From Eledone cirrhosa (Eukaryota), in contig OZ024757.1 in the NCBI GenBank assembly GCA_964016885.1, positions 11,036,001 to 11,100,000 on the forward strand: a stretch of 64,000 nucleotides of DNA, read 5' to 3'. Within the stretch, counting starts at the first letter, position 1. Every line of letters begins with the position of its first letter. A program made the position numbers and the translations under genes. The notes below the pieces were generated by a model. That model was not told the DNA's origin and made no database searches. It saw only the letters and a program-made list of their open reading frames with translations. Positions 15,001 through 30,000 of this stretch are shown here, one piece after another.

Positions 15001-18000
15001 GGAGTTTGTTCCATGGAGGTTTTAAAGGATGCAGTGTCCCGACAGCTAACAACTGATGCAGGTAGTTTGTTCCATGGAGGTTTTAAAGGATGCAGTGTCT
15101 CGACAGCTAACAACTGATGCAGGTAGTTTGTTCCATGGAGGTTTTAAAGGATGCAGTATCTCGACAGCTAAAAACTGATGCAGGTAGTTTGTTCCATGGA
15201 GGTTTTAAAAGATGCAGCATCTCAACAGCTAACTACTGATGCAGGTAATTTGTTCCATGGAGGTTTTAAAGGGTGCAGCGTCCCGACAGCTAACAACTGA
15301 TGCAGGTAGTTTGTTCCATGGATGTTTTAAAGGATGCAGTGTCTCGACAGCTTACAACTGATGCAGGTAGTTTGTTCCATGGAGGTTTTAAAGGATGCAG
15401 TGTCCCGACAGCTAACAACTGATGCAGGGAGTTTGTTCCATGGAGGTTTTAAAGGATGCAGTGTCCCGACAGCTAACAACTGATGCAGGTAGTTTGTTCC
15501 ATGGAGGTTTTAAAGGATGCAGTGTCTCGACAGCTAACAACTGATGCAGGTAGTTTGTTCCATGGAGGTTTTAAAGGATGCAGTGTCCCGACAGCTAACA
15601 ACTGATGCAGGTAGTTTGTTCCATGGAGGTTTTAAAGGATGCATTGTCCCGACAGCTAACAACTGATGCAGGTAGTTTGTTCCATGGAGGTTTTAAAGGA
15701 TGCAGCATCTCAACAGCTAACTACTGATGCAGGTAATTTGTTCCATGGAGGTTTTAAAGGATGCAGCGTCCCGACAGCTAACAACTGATGCAGGTAGTTT
15801 GTTCCATGGATGTTTTAAAGGATGTAGTGTCTCGACAGCTAACAACTGATGCAGGGAGTTTGTTCCATGGAGGTTTTAAAGGATGCAGTGTCTCGACAGC
15901 TAACAACTGATGCAGGTAGTTTGTTCCATGGAGGTTTTAAAGGATGCAGTGTCCCGACAGCTAACAACTGATGCAGGTAGTTTGTTCCATGGAGGCTTTA
16001 AAGGATCCAGTGTCTCGACAGCTAAAAACTGATGCAGGGAGTTTCTTCCATGGAGGTTTTAAAGGATGCAGTGTCCCGACAGCTAACAACTGATGCAGGT
16101 AGTTTGTTCCATGGAGGTTTTAAAGGATGCAGTGTCTCGACAGGAAACAACTGATGCAGGTAGTTTGTTCCATGGAGGTTTTAAAGGATGCGGTGTCCCG
16201 ACAGCTAACAACTGATGCAGGTAGTTTGTTCCATGGAGGTTTTAAAGGATCCAGTGTCTCGACAGCTAAAAACTGATGCAGGTAGTTCGTTCCATGGAGG
16301 TTTTAAAAGATGCAGCATCTCAACAGCTAACTACTGATGCAGGTAATTTGTTCCATGGAGGTTTTAAAGGATGCAGCGTCCCGACAGCTAAAAACTGATG
16401 CAGGTAGTTTGTTCCATGGAGGTTTTAAAGGATGCAGTGTCCCGACAGCTAAAAACTGATGCAGGTAGTTTGTTCCATGGAGGTTTTAAAGGATGCAGTG
16501 TCCCGACAGCTAACAACTGATGCAGGTAGTTTGTTCCATGGAGGTTTTAAAGGATGCGGTGTCCCGACAGCTAACAACTGATGCAGGTAGTTTGTTCCAT
16601 GGAGGTTTTAAAGGATCCAGTGTCTCGACAGCTAAAAACTGATGCAGGTAGTTCGTTCCATGGAGGTTTTAAAAGATGCAGCATCTCAACAGCTAACTAC
16701 TGATGCAGGTAATTTGTTCCATGGAGGTTTTAAAGGATGCAGCGTCCCGACAGCTAACAACTGATGCAGGTAGTTTGTTCCATGGAGGTTTTAAAGGATG
16801 CAGTGTCTTGACAGCTAACAACTGATGCAGGTAGTTTGTTCCATGAAGATTTTAAAGGATGCAGTGTCTTGACAGCTAACAACTGATGCAGGGAGTTTGT
16901 TCCATGGAGGTTTAAAAGGATGCAGTGTCCCGACAGCTAACAACTGATGCAGGTAGTTTGTTCCATGGAGGTTTTAAAGGATGCAGTGTCTCGACAGCTA
17001 ACAACTGATGCAGGTAGTTTGTTCCATGGAGGTTTTAAAGGATGCAGTGTCCCGACAGCTAACAACTAATGCAGGTAGTTTGTTCCATGGAGGTTTTAAA
17101 GGATCCAGTGTCTCGACAGCTAAAAACTGATGCAGGTAGTTTGTTCCATGGAGGTTTTAAAAGATGCAGCATCTCAACAGCTAACTACTGATGCAGGTAA
17201 TTTGTTCCATGGAGGTTTTAAAGGATGCAGCATCCCGACAGCTGACAACTGATGCAGGTAGTTTGTTCCATGGAGGTTTTAAAGGATGCAGTGTCTCGAC
17301 AGCTAACAACTGATGCTGGTAGGGTAGTTTGTTCCATGGAGGTTTTAAAGGATGCAGTGTCTCGACAGCTAAAAACTGATGCAGGTAGGCTTGTTCTGTT
17401 CCATGGAGGTTTTAAAGGATGCAGTGTCTCGACAGCTAACAACTGATGCAGGTAATTTGTTCCATGGAGGTTTTAAAGGATGCAGCGTCCCGACAGCTAA
17501 CAACTGATGCAGGTAGTTTGTTCCATGTAGGTTTTAAAGGATGCAGTGTCTCGACAGCTAACAACTGATACAGGTAGTTTGTTCCATGGAGGTTTTAAGG
17601 GATACAGTGTCTCGACAGCTAACAACTGGTGCAGGGAGTTTGTTCCATGGAGGTTTTAAAGGATGCAGTGTCCCGACAGCTAACAACTGATGCAGGTAGT
17701 TTGTTCCATGGAGGTTTTAAAGGATGCAGTGTCTCGACAGCTAACAACTGATGCAGGTAGTTTGTTCCATGGAGGTTTTAAAGGATGCAGTATCTCGACA
17801 GCTAAAAACTGATGCAGGTAGTTTGTTCCATGGAGGTTTTAAAAGATGCAGCATCTCAACAGCTAACTACTGATGCAGGTAATTTGTTCCATGGAGGTTT
17901 TAAAGGGTGCAGCGTCCCGACAGCTGACAACTGATGCAGGTAGTTTGTTCCATGGATGTTTTAAAGGATGCAGTGTCTCGACAGCTTACAACTGATGCAG

Positions 18001-21000
18001 GTAGTTTGTTCCATGGAGGTTTTAAAGGATGCAGTGTCCCGACAGCTAACAACTGATGCAGGGAGTTTGTTCCATGGAGGTTTTAAAGGATGCAGTGTCC
18101 CGACAGCTAACAACTGATGCAGGTAGTTTGTTCCATGGAGGTTTTAAAGGATGCAGTGTCTCGACAGCTAACAACTGATGCAGGTAGTTTGTTCCATGGA
18201 TGTTTTAAAGGATGCAGTGTCTCGACAGCTTACAACTGATGCAGGTAGTTTGTTCCATGGAGGTTTTAAAGGATGCAGTGTCCCGACAGCTAACAACTGA
18301 TGCAGGGAGTTTGTTCCATGGAGGTTTTAAAGGATGCAGTGTCCCGACAGCTAACAACTGATGCAGGTAGTTTGTTCCATGGAGGTTTTAAAGGATGCAG
18401 TGTCTCGACAGCTAACAACTGATGCAGGTAGTGTGTTCCATGGAGGTTTTAAAGGATGCAGTGTCCCGACAGCTAACAACTGATGCAGGTAGTTTGTTCC
18501 ATGGAGGTTTTAAAGGATGCTTTGTCCCGACAGCTAACAACTGATGCAGGTAGTTTGTTCCATGGAGGTTTTAAAGGATGCAGCATCTCAACAGCTAACT
18601 ACTGATGCAGGTAATTTGTTCCATGGAGGTTTTAAAGGATGCAGCGTCCCGACAGCTAACAACTGATGCAGGTAGTTTGTTCCATGGATGTTTTAAAGGA
18701 TGTAGTGTCTCGACAGCTAACAACTGATGCAGGGAGTTTGTTCCATGGAGGTTTTAAAGGATGCAGTGTCTCGACAGCTAACAACTGATGCAGGTAGTTT
18801 GTTCCATGGAGGTTTTAAAGGATGCAGTGTCCCGACAGCTAACAACTGATGCAGGTAGTTTGTTCCATGGAGGCTTTAAAGGATCCAGTGTCTCTACAGC
18901 TAAAAACTGATGCAGGTAGTTTGTTCCATGGAGGTTTTACAGGATGCAGTGTCCCGACAGCTAACAACTGATGCAGGTAGTTTGTTCCATGGAGGTTTTA
19001 AAGGATGCAGTGTCTCGACAGCAAACAACTGATGCAGGTAGTTTGTTCCATGGAGGTTTTAAAGGATGCGGTGTCCCGACAGCTAACAACTGATGTAGGT
19101 AGTTTGTTCCATGGAGGTTTTAAAGGATCCAGTGTCTCGACAGCTAAAAACTGATGCAGGTAGTTCGTTCCATGGAGGTTTTAAAAGATGCAGCATCTCA
19201 ACAGCTAACTACTGATGCAGGTAATTTGTTCCATGGAGGTTTTAAAGGATGCAGCGTCCCGACAGCTAAAAACTGATGCAGGTAGTTTGTTCCATGGAGG
19301 TTTTAAAGGATGCAGTGTCCCGACAGCTAACAACTGATGCAGGTAGTTTGTTCCATGGAGGTTTTAAAGGATGCAGTGTCTCGACAGCAAACAACTGATG
19401 CAGGTAGTTTGTTCCATGGAGGTTTTAAAGGATGCGGTGTCCCGACAGCTAACAACTGATGCAGGTAGTTTGTTCCATGGAGGTTTTAAAGGATCCAGTG
19501 TCTCGACAGCTAAAAACTGATGCAGGTAGTTCGTTCCATGGAGGTTTTAAAAGATGCAGATATCAACAGCTAACTACTGATGCAGGTAATTTGTTCCATG
19601 GAGGTTTTAAAGGATGCAGCGTCCCGACAGCTAACAACTGATGCAGGTAGTTTGTTCCATGGAGGTTTTAAAGGATGCAGTGTCTTGACAGCTAACAACT
19701 GATGCAGGTAGTTTGTTCCATGGAGATTTTAAAGGATGCAGTGTCTTGACAGCTAACAACTGATGCAGGGAGTTTGTTCCATGGAGGTTTAAAAGGATGC
19801 AGTGTCCCGACAGCTAACAACTGATGCAGGTAGTTTGTTCCATGGAGGTTTTAAAGGATGCAGTGTCTCGACAGCTAACAACTGATGCAGGTAGTTTGTT
19901 CCATGGAGGTTTTAAAGGATGCAGTGTCCCGACAGCTAACAACTAATGCAGGTAGTTTGTTCCATGGAGGTTTTAAAGGATCCAGTGTCTCGACAGCTAA
20001 AAACTGATGCAGGTAGTTTGTTCCATGGAGGTTTTAAAAGATGCAGCATCTCAACAGCTAACTACTGATGCAGGTAATTTGTTCCATGGAGGTTTTAAAG
20101 GATGCAGCATCCCGACAGCTGACAACTGATGCAGGTAGTTTGTTCCATGGAGGTTTTAAAGGATGCAGTGTCTCGACAGCTAACAACTGATGCTGGTAGG
20201 GTAGTTTGTTCCATGGAGGTTTTAAAGGATGCAGTGTCTCGACAGCTAAAAACTGATGCATGTAGGCTTGTTCTGTTCCATGGAGGTTTTAAAGGATGCA
20301 GTGTCTCGACAGCTAACAACTGAATCGGGTAGTTTGTTCCATGGAGGTTTTAAGGGATACAGTGTCTCGACAGCTAACAACTGATGCAGGTAATTTGTTC
20401 CATGGAGGTTTTAAAGGATGCAGTGTCTCGACAGCTAACAACTGAATCAGGTAGTTTGTTCCATGGAGGTTTTAAGGGATACAGTGTCTCGACAGCTAAC
20501 AACTGGTGCAGGGAGTTTGTTCCATGGAGGTTTTAAAGGATGCAGTGTCCCGACAGCTAACAACTGATGCAGGTAGTTTGTTCCATGGAGGTTTTAAAGG
20601 ATGCAGTGTCTCGACAGCTAACAACTGATGCAGGTAGTTTGTTCCATGGAGGTTTTAAAGGATGCAGTATCTCGACAGCTAAAAACTGATGCAGGTAGTT
20701 TGTTCCATGGAGGTTTTAAAAGATGCAGCATCTCAACAGCTAACTACTGATGCAGGTAATTTGTTCCATGGAGGTTTTAAAGGGTGCAGCGTCCCGACAG
20801 CTAACAACTGATGCAGGTAGTTTGTTCCATGGATGTTTTAAAGGATGCAGTGTCTCGACAGCTTACAACTGATGCAGGTAGTTTGTTCCATGGAGGTTTT
20901 AAAGGATGCAGTGTCCCGACAGCTAACAACTGATGTAGGGAGTTTGTTCCATGGAGGTTTTAAAGGATGCAGTGTCCCGACAGCTAACAACTGATGCAGG

Positions 21001-24000
21001 TAGTTTGTTCCATGGAGGTTTTAAAGGATGCAGTGTCTCGACAGCTAACAACTGATGCAGGTAGTTTGTTCCATGGAGGTTTTAAAGGATGCAGTGTCCC
21101 GACAGCTAACAACTGATGCAGGTAGTTTGTTCCATGGAGGTTTTAAAGGATGCATTGTCCCGACAGCTAACAACTGATGCAGGTAGTTTGTTCCATGGAG
21201 GTTTTAAAGGATGCAGCATCTCAACAGCTAACTACTGATGCAGGTAATTTGTTCCATGGAGGTTTTCAAGGATGCAGCGTCCCGACAGCTAACAACTGAT
21301 GCAGGTAGTTTGTTCCATGGATGTTTTAAAGGATGTAGTGTCTCGACAGCTAACAACGGATGCAGGGAGTTTGTTCCATGGAGGTTTTAAAGGATGCAGT
21401 GTCTCGACAGCTAACAACTGATGCAGGTAGTTTGTTCCATGGAGGTTTTAAAGGATGCAGTCTCCCGACAGCTAACAACTGATGCAGGAAGTTTGTTCCA
21501 TGGAGGTTTTAAAGGATGCAGTGTCTCGACAGCAAACAACTGATGCAGGTAGTTTGTTCCATGGAGGTTTTAAAGGATGCGGTGTCCCGACAGCTAACAA
21601 CTGATGCAGGTAGTTTGTTCCATGGAGGTTTTAAAGGATCCAGTGTCTCGACAGCTAAAAACTGATGCAGGTAGTTCGTTCCATGGAGGTTTTAAAAGAT
21701 GCAGCATCTCAACAGCTAACTACTGATGCAGGTAATTTGTTCCATGGAGGTTTTAAAGGATGCAGCGTCCCGACAGCTAACAACTGATGCAGGTAGTTTG
21801 TTCCATGGAGGTTTTAAAGGATGCAGTGTCTTGACAGCTAACAACTGATGCAGGTAGTTTGTTCCATGGAGATTTTAAAGGATGCAGTGTCTTGACAGCT
21901 AACAACTGATGCAGGGAGTTTGTTCCATGGAGGTTTAAAAGGATGCAGTGTCCCGACAGCTAACAACTGATGCAGGTAGTTTGTTCCATGGAGGTTTTAA
22001 AGGATGCAGTGTCTCGACAGCTAACAACTGATGCAGGTAGTTTGTTCCATGGAGGTTTTAAAGGATGCAGTGTCCCGACAGCTAACAACTAATGCAGGTA
22101 GTTTGTTCCATGGAGGTTTTAAAGGATCCAGTGTCTCGACAGCTAAAAACTGATGCAGGTAGTTTGTTCCATGGAGGTTTTAAAAGATGCAGCATCTCAA
22201 CAGCTAACTACTGATGCAGGTAATTTGTTCCATGGAGGTTTTAAAGGATGCAGCGTCCCGACAGCTGACAACTGATGCAGGTAGTTTGTTCCATGGAGGT
22301 TTTAAAGGATGCAGTGTCTCGACAGCTAACAACTGATGCTGGTAGGGTAGTTTGTTCCATGGAGTTTTTAAAGGATGCAGTGTCTCGACAGCTAAAAACT
22401 GATGCAGGTAGGCTTGTTCTGTTCCATGGAGGTTTTAAAGGATGCAGTGTCTCGACAGCTAACAACAGAATCAGGTAGTTTGTTCCATGGAGGTTTTAAG
22501 GGATACAGTGTCTCGACAGCTAACAACTGATGCAGGTAATTTGTTCCATGGAGGTTTTAAAGGATGCAGCGTCCCGACAGCTAACAACTGATGCAGGTAG
22601 TTTGTTCCATGTAGGTTTTAAAGGATGCAGTGTCTCGACAGCTAACAACTGAATCAGGTAGTTTGTTCCATGGAGGTTTTAAGGGATACAGTGTCTCGAC
22701 AGCTAACAACTGGTGCAGGGAGTTTGTTCCATGGAGGTTTTAAAGGATGCAGTGTCCCGACAGCTAACAACTGATGCAGGTAGTTTGTTCCATGGAGGTT
22801 TTAAAGGATGCAGTGTCTCGACAGCTAACAACTGATGCAGGTAGTTTGTTCCATGGAGGTTTTAAAGGATGCAGTATCTCGACAGCTAAAAACTGATGCA
22901 GGTAGTTTGTTCCATGGAGGTTTTAAAAGATGCAGCATCTCAACAGCTAACTACTGATGCAGGTAATTTGTTCCATGGAGGTTTTAAAGGGTGCAGCGTC
23001 CCGACAGCTAACAACTGATGCAGGTAGTTTGTTCCATGGATGTTTTAAAGGATGCAGTGTCTCGACAGCTTACAACTGATGCAGGTAGTTTGTTCCATGG
23101 AGGTTTTAAAGGATGCAGTGTCCCGACAGCTCACAACTGATGCAGGGAGTTTGTTCCATGGAGGTTTTAAAGGATGCAGTGTCCCGACAGCTAACAACTG
23201 ATGCAGGTAGTTTGTTCCATGGAGGTTTTAAAGGATGCAGTGTCTCGACAGCTAACAACTGATTCAGGTAGTTTGTTCCATGGAGGTTTTAAAGGATGCA
23301 GTGTCCCGACAGCTAACAACTGATGCAGGTAGTTTGTTCCATGGAGGTTTTAAGGGATCCAGTGTCTCGACAGCTAAAAACTGATGCAGGTAGTTTGTTC
23401 CATGGAGGTTTTAAAAGATGCAGCATCTCAACAGCTAACTACTGATGCAGGTAATTTGTTCCATGGAGGTTTTAAAGGATGCAGCGTCCCGACAGCTAAC
23501 AACTGATGCAGGTAGTTTGTTCCATGTAGGTTTTTAAGGATGCAGTGTCTCGAGAGCTAACAACTGATGCAGGTAGTTTGTTCCATGGAGGTTTTAAAGG
23601 ATGCAGTGTCTCGACAGCTAACAACTGATGCAGGTAGTTTGTTCCATGGAGGTTTTAAAGGATGCAGTGTCTTGACAGCTAACAAATGATGCAGGTAGTT
23701 TGTTCCATGGAGATTTTAAAGGACGCAGTGTCCCAACAGCTAACAACTGATGCAGGGAGTTTGTTCAATGGAGGTTTTAAAGGATGCAGTGTCCCGACAG
23801 CTAACAACTGATGCAGGTAGTTTGTTCCATGGAGGTTTTAAAGAATGCAGTGTCTCGACAGCTAACAACTGATGCAGGTAGTTTGTTCCATGGAGGTTTT
23901 AAAGGATGCAGTGTCCCGACAGCTAACAACTGATGCAGGTAGTTTGTTCCATGGAGGTTTTAAAGGATCCAGTGTCTCGACAGCTAAAAACTGATGCAGG

Positions 24001-27000
24001 TAGTTTGTTCCATGGAGGTTTTAAAAGATGCAGCATCCCAACAGCTAACTACTGATGCAGGTAATTTGTTCCATGGAGGTTTTAAAGGATGCAGCGTCCC
24101 GACAGCTAACAACTGATGCAGGTAGTTTGTTCCATGGAGGTTTTAAAGGATGCAGTGTCTCGACAGCTAACAACTGAAGCAGGTAGTTTGTTCCATGGAG
24201 ATTTTAAAGGATGCAGTCTCTTGACAGCTAACAAATGATGCAGGTAGTTTGTTCCATGGAGGTTTTAAAAGATGCAGCATCTCAACAGCTAACTACTGAT
24301 GCAGGTAATTTGTTCCATGGAGGTTTTAAAGGATGCAGCATCCCGACAGCTAACAACTGATGCAGGTAGTTTGTTCCATGGAGGTTTTAAAGGATGCAGC
24401 GTCCCGACAGCTAACAACTGATGCAGGTAGTTTGTTCCATGGAGGTTTGGAAGGATGCAGCCTCCCGACAGCTAACAACTGATGCAGGTAGTTTGTACCA
24501 TGGAGGTTTTAAAGGATGCAGTGTCTTGACAGCTAACAAATGATGCAGGTAGTTTGTTCCATGGAGATTTTAAAGGATGCAGTGTCTTGACAGCTAACAG
24601 CTGATGCAGGGAGTTTGTTCCATGGAGGTTTTAAAGGATGCAGTGTCCCGACAGCTAACAACTGATGCAGGTAATTTGTTCCATGGAGGTTTTAAAGGAT
24701 GCAGTGTCTCGAGAGCTAACAACTGATGCAGGTAGTTTGTTCCATGGAGGTTTTAAAGGATGCAGTGTCTCGAGAGCTAACAACTGATGCAGGTAGTTTG
24801 TTCCATGGAGGTTTTAAAGGATGCAGTGTCTCGACAGCTAACAACTGATGCAGGTAGTTTGTTCCATGGAGATTTTAAAGGATGCAGTGTCTCGAGAGCT
24901 AACAACTGATGCAGGTAGTTTGTTCCATGGAGGTTTTAAAGGATGCAGTGTCTTGACAGCTAACAACTGATGCAGGTAGTTTGTTCCATGGAGGTTTTAA
25001 AGGATGCAGTGTCCCGACAGCTAACAAATGATGCAGGTAGTTTGTTCCATGGAGATTTTAAAGGATGCAGTGTCCCAACAGCTAACAACTGATGCAGGGA
25101 GTTTCTTCCATGGAGGTTTTAAAGGATGCAGTGTCCCGACAGCTAACAACTGATGCAGGTAGTTTGTTCCATGGAGGTTTTAAAGGATGCAGTGTCTCGA
25201 CAGCTAACAACTGATGCAGGTAGTTTGTTCCATGGTGGTTTTAAAGGATGCAGTGTCCCGACAGCTAACAACTAATGCAGGTAGTTTGTTCCATGGAGGT
25301 TTTAAAGGATCCAGTGTCTCGACAGCTAAAAACTGATGCAGGTAGTTTGTTCCATGGAGGTTTTAAAAGATGCAGCATCTCAACAGCTAACTACTGATGC
25401 AGGTAATTTGTTCCATGGATGTTTTAAAGGATGCAGTGTCTCGACAGCTAACAACTGAAGCAGGTAGTGTGTTGCATGGAGATTTTAAAGGATGCAGTGT
25501 CTTGACAGCTAACAAATGATGCAGGTAGTTTGTTCCATGGAGGTTTTAAAGGATGCAGCGTCCCGACAGCTAACAACTGAAGCAGGTAGTTTGTTCCATG
25601 GAGGTTTTAAAGGAGCCAGTGTCTCGACAGCTAACAACTGATGCAGGTAGTTTGTTCCATGGAGGTTTTAAAGAATACAGTGTCTTGACAGCTAACAAAT
25701 GATGCAGGTAGTTTGTTCCATGGAGATTTTAAAGGATGCAGTGTCTCGAGAGCTAACAACTGATGCAGGTAGTTTGTTCCATGGAGGTTTTAAAGGATGC
25801 AGTGTCTCGACAGCTAACAACTGATGCAGGTAGTTTGTTCCATGGAGGTTTTAAAGGATGCAGTGTCCCGACAGCTAACAACTAATGCAGGTAGTTTGTT
25901 CCATGGAGGTTTTAAAGGATCCAGTGTCTCGACAGCTAAAAACTGATGCAGGTAGTTTGTTCCATGGAAGTTTTAAAAGATGCAGCATCTCAACAGCTAA
26001 CTACTGATGCAGGTAATTTGTTCCATGGAGGTTTTAAAGGATGCAGCGTCCCGACAGCTAACAACTGATGCAGGTAGTTTGTTCCATGGAGGTTTTAAAG
26101 GATGCAGTGTCTCGACAGCTAACAACTGATGCTGGTAGGGTAGTTTGTTTCATGGATTTTTTAAAGGATGCAGTGTCTCGACAGCTAAAAACTGATGCAG
26201 GTAGGCTTGTTCTGTTCCATGGAGGTTTTAAAGGATGCAGTGTCTCGACAGCTAACCACTGAATCAGGTAGTTTGTTCCATGGAGGTTTTAAGGGATACA
26301 GTGTCTCGACAGCTAACAACTGATGCAGGTATTTTGTTCCATGGAGGTTTTAAAGGATGCAGCGTCCCGACAGCTAACAACTGATGCAGGTAGTTTGTTC
26401 CATGTAGGTTTTAATGGATGCAGTGTCTCGAGAGCTAACAACTGATGCAGGTAGTTTGTTCCATGGAGGTTTTAAAGGATGCAGTGTCTCGACAGCTAAC
26501 AACTGATGCAGGTAGTTTGTTCCATGGAGATTTTAAAGGATGCAGTGTCTCGAGAGCTAACAACTGATGCAGGTAGTTTGTTCCATGGAGGTTTTAAAGG
26601 ATGCAGTGTCCCAACAGCTAACAACTGATGCAGGGAGTTTGTTCCATGGAGGTTTTAAAGGATGCAGTGTCTTGACAGCTAACAAATGATGCAGGTAGTT
26701 TGTTCCATGGAGATTTGAAAGGATGCAGTGTCCCAACAGCTAACAACTGATGCAGGGAGTTTGTTCCATGGAGGTTTTAAAGGATGCAGTGTCCCGACAG
26801 CTAACATCTGATGCTGGTAGGGTAGTTTGTTTCATGGAGGTTTTAAAGGATGCAGTGTCTCGACAGCTAAAAACTGATGCAGGTAGGCTTGTTCTGTTCC
26901 ATGGAGGTTTTAAAGGATGCAGTGTCTCGACAGCTAACCACTGAATCAGGTAGTTTGTTCCATGGAGGTTTTAAGGGATACAGTGTCTCGACAGCTAACA

Positions 27001-30000
27001 ACTGATGCAGGTAATTTGTTCCATGGAGGTTTTAAAGGATGCAGCGTCCCGACAGCTAACAACTGATGCAGGTAGTTTGTTCCATGTAGGTTTTAATGGA
27101 TGCAGTGTCTCGAGAGCTAACAACTGATGCAGGTAGTTTGTTCCATGGAGGTTTTAAAGGATGCAGTGTCTCGACAGCTAACAACTGATGCAGGTAGTTT
27201 GTTCCATGGAGATTTTAAAGGATGCAGTGTCTCGAGAGCTAACAACTGATGCAGGTAATTTGTTCCATGGAGGTTTTAAAGGATGCAGCGTCCCGACAGC
27301 TAACAACTGATGCAGGTAGTTTGTTCCATGGAGGTTTTAAAGGATGCAGTGTCTCGACAGCTAACAACTGATGCTGGTAGGGTAGTTTGTTCCATGGAGG
27401 TTTTAAAGGATGCAGTGTCTCGACAGCTAAAAACTGATGCAGGTAGGCTTGTTCTGTTCCATGGAGGTTTTAAAGGATGCAGTGTCTCGACAGCTAACCA
27501 CTGAATCAGGTAGTTTGTTCCATGGAGGTTTTAAGGGATACAGTGTCTCGACAGCTAACAACTGATGCAGGTAATTTGTTCCATGGAGGTTTTAAAGGAT
27601 GCAGCGTCCCGACAGCTAACAACTGATGCAGGTAGTTTGTTCCATGTAGGTTTTAATGGATGCAGTGTCTCGAGAGCTAACAACTGATGCAGGTAGTTTG
27701 TTCCATGGAGGTTTTAAAGGATGCAGTGTCTCGACAGCTAACAACTGATGCAGGTAGTTTGTTCCATGGAGATTTTAAAGGATGCAGTGTCTCGAGAGCT
27801 AACAACTGATGCAGGTAGTTTGTTCCATGGAGGTTTTAAAGGATGCAGTGTCCCAACAGCTAACAACTGATGCAGGGAGTTTGTTCCATGGAGGTTTTAA
27901 AGGATGCAGTGTCTTGACAGCTAACAAATGATGCAGGTAGTTTGTTCCATGGAGATTTGAAAGGATTCAGTGTCCCAACAGCTAACAACTGATGCAGGGA
28001 GTTTGTTCCATGGAGGTTTTAAAGGATGCAGTGTCCCGACAGCTAACAACTGATGCAGGTAGTTTGTTCCATGGAGGTTTTAAAGGATGCAGTGTCTCGA
28101 CAGCTAACAACTGATGCAGGTAGTTTGTTCCATGGAGGTTTTAAAGGATGCAGTGTCCCGACAGCTAACAACTGATGCAGGTAGTTTGTTCCATGGAGGT
28201 TTTAAAGGATCCAGTGTCTCGACAGCTAAAAACTGATGCAGTTAGTTTGTTCCATGGAGGTTTTAAAAGGTGCAGCATCTCAACAGCTAACTACTGATGC
28301 AGGTAATTTGTTCCATGGAGGTTTTAAAGGATGCAGTGTCTCAACAGCTAACAACTGATGCAGGTAGTTTGTTCCATGGAGGGTTTAAAGGATGCAGTGT
28401 CTCGACAGCTAACAACTGATGCAGGTAGTTTGTTCCATGGAGGTTTTAAAGGATGCATTGTCCTGACAGCTAACAACTGATGCAGGTAGTTTGTTCCATG
28501 GAGGTTTTAAAGGATCCAGTGTCTCGACAGTTAAAAACTGATGCAGGTAGTTTGTTCCATGGAGGTTTTAAAGGATGCAGCGTCCCGACAGCTAACAACT
28601 GATGCAGGTAGGCTTGTTCCATGGAGGTTTTAAAAGATGCAGCATCTCAACAGCTAACTACTAATGCAGGTAATTTGTTCCATGAAGGTTTTAAAGGATG
28701 CAGCGTCCCGACAGCTAACAACTGATGCAGGTAGTTTGTTCCATGGAGGTTTTAAAGGATGCAGTGTCTCGACAGCTAACAACTGAAGCAGGTAGTTTGT
28801 TCCATGGAGATTTTAAAGGATGCAGTGTCTTGACAGCTAACAAATGATGCAGGTAGTTTGTTCCATGGAGGTTTTAAAGGATGCAGTGTCCCGACAGCTA
28901 ACAACTAATGCAGGTAGTTTGTTCCATGGAGGTTTTAAAGGATCCAGTGTCTCGACAGCTAAAAACTGATGCAGGTAGTTTGTTCCATGGAAGTTTTAAA
29001 AGATGCAGCATCTCAACAGCTAACTACTGATGCAGGTAATTTGTTCCATGGAGGTTTTAAAGGATGCAGTGTCTCGACAGCTAACAACTGAAGCAGGTAG
29101 TTTGTTCCATGGAGATTTTAAAGGATGCAGTGTCTTGACAGCTAACAAATGATGCAGGTAGTTTGTTCCATGGAGATTTTAAAGGATGCAGTGTCTCGAG
29201 AGCTAACAACTGATGGAGGTAGTTTGTTCCATGGAGGTTTTAAAGGATGCAGTGTCTCGACAGCTAACAACTGATGCAGGTAGTTTGTTCCATGGAGGTT
29301 TTAAAGGATGCAGTGTCCCGACAGCTAACAACTAATGCAGGTAGTTTGTTCCATGGAGGTTTTAAAGGATCCAGTGTCTCGACAGCTAAAAACTGATGCA
29401 GGTAGTTTGTTCCATGGAAGTTTTAAAAGATGCAGCATCTCAACAGCTAACTACTGATGCAGGTAATTTGTTCCATGGAGGTTTTAAAGGATGCAGCGTC
29501 CCGACAGCTAACAACTGATGCAGGTAGTTTGTTCCATGGAGGTTTTAAAGGATGCAGTGTCTCGACAGCTAACAACTGATGCTGGTAGGGTAGTTTGTTT
29601 CATGGAGGTTTTAAAGGATGCAGTGTCTCGACAGCTAAAAACTGATGCAGGTAGGCTTGTTCTGTTCCATGGAGGTTTTAAAGGATGCAGTGTCTCGACA
29701 GCTAACCACTGAATCAGGTAGTTTGTTCCATGGAGGTTTTAAGGGATACAGTGTCTCGACAGCTAACAACTGATGCAGGTATTTTGTTCCATGGAGGTTT
29801 TAAAGGATGCAGCGTCCCGACAGCTAACAACTGATGCAGGTAGTTTGTTCCATGTAGGTTTTAATGGATGCAGTGTCTCGAGAGCTAACAACTGATGCAG
29901 GTAGTTTGTTCCATGGAGGTTTTAAAGGATGCAGTGTCTCGACAGCTAACAACTGATGCAGGTAGTTTGTTCCATGGAGATTTTAAAGGATGCAGTGTCT

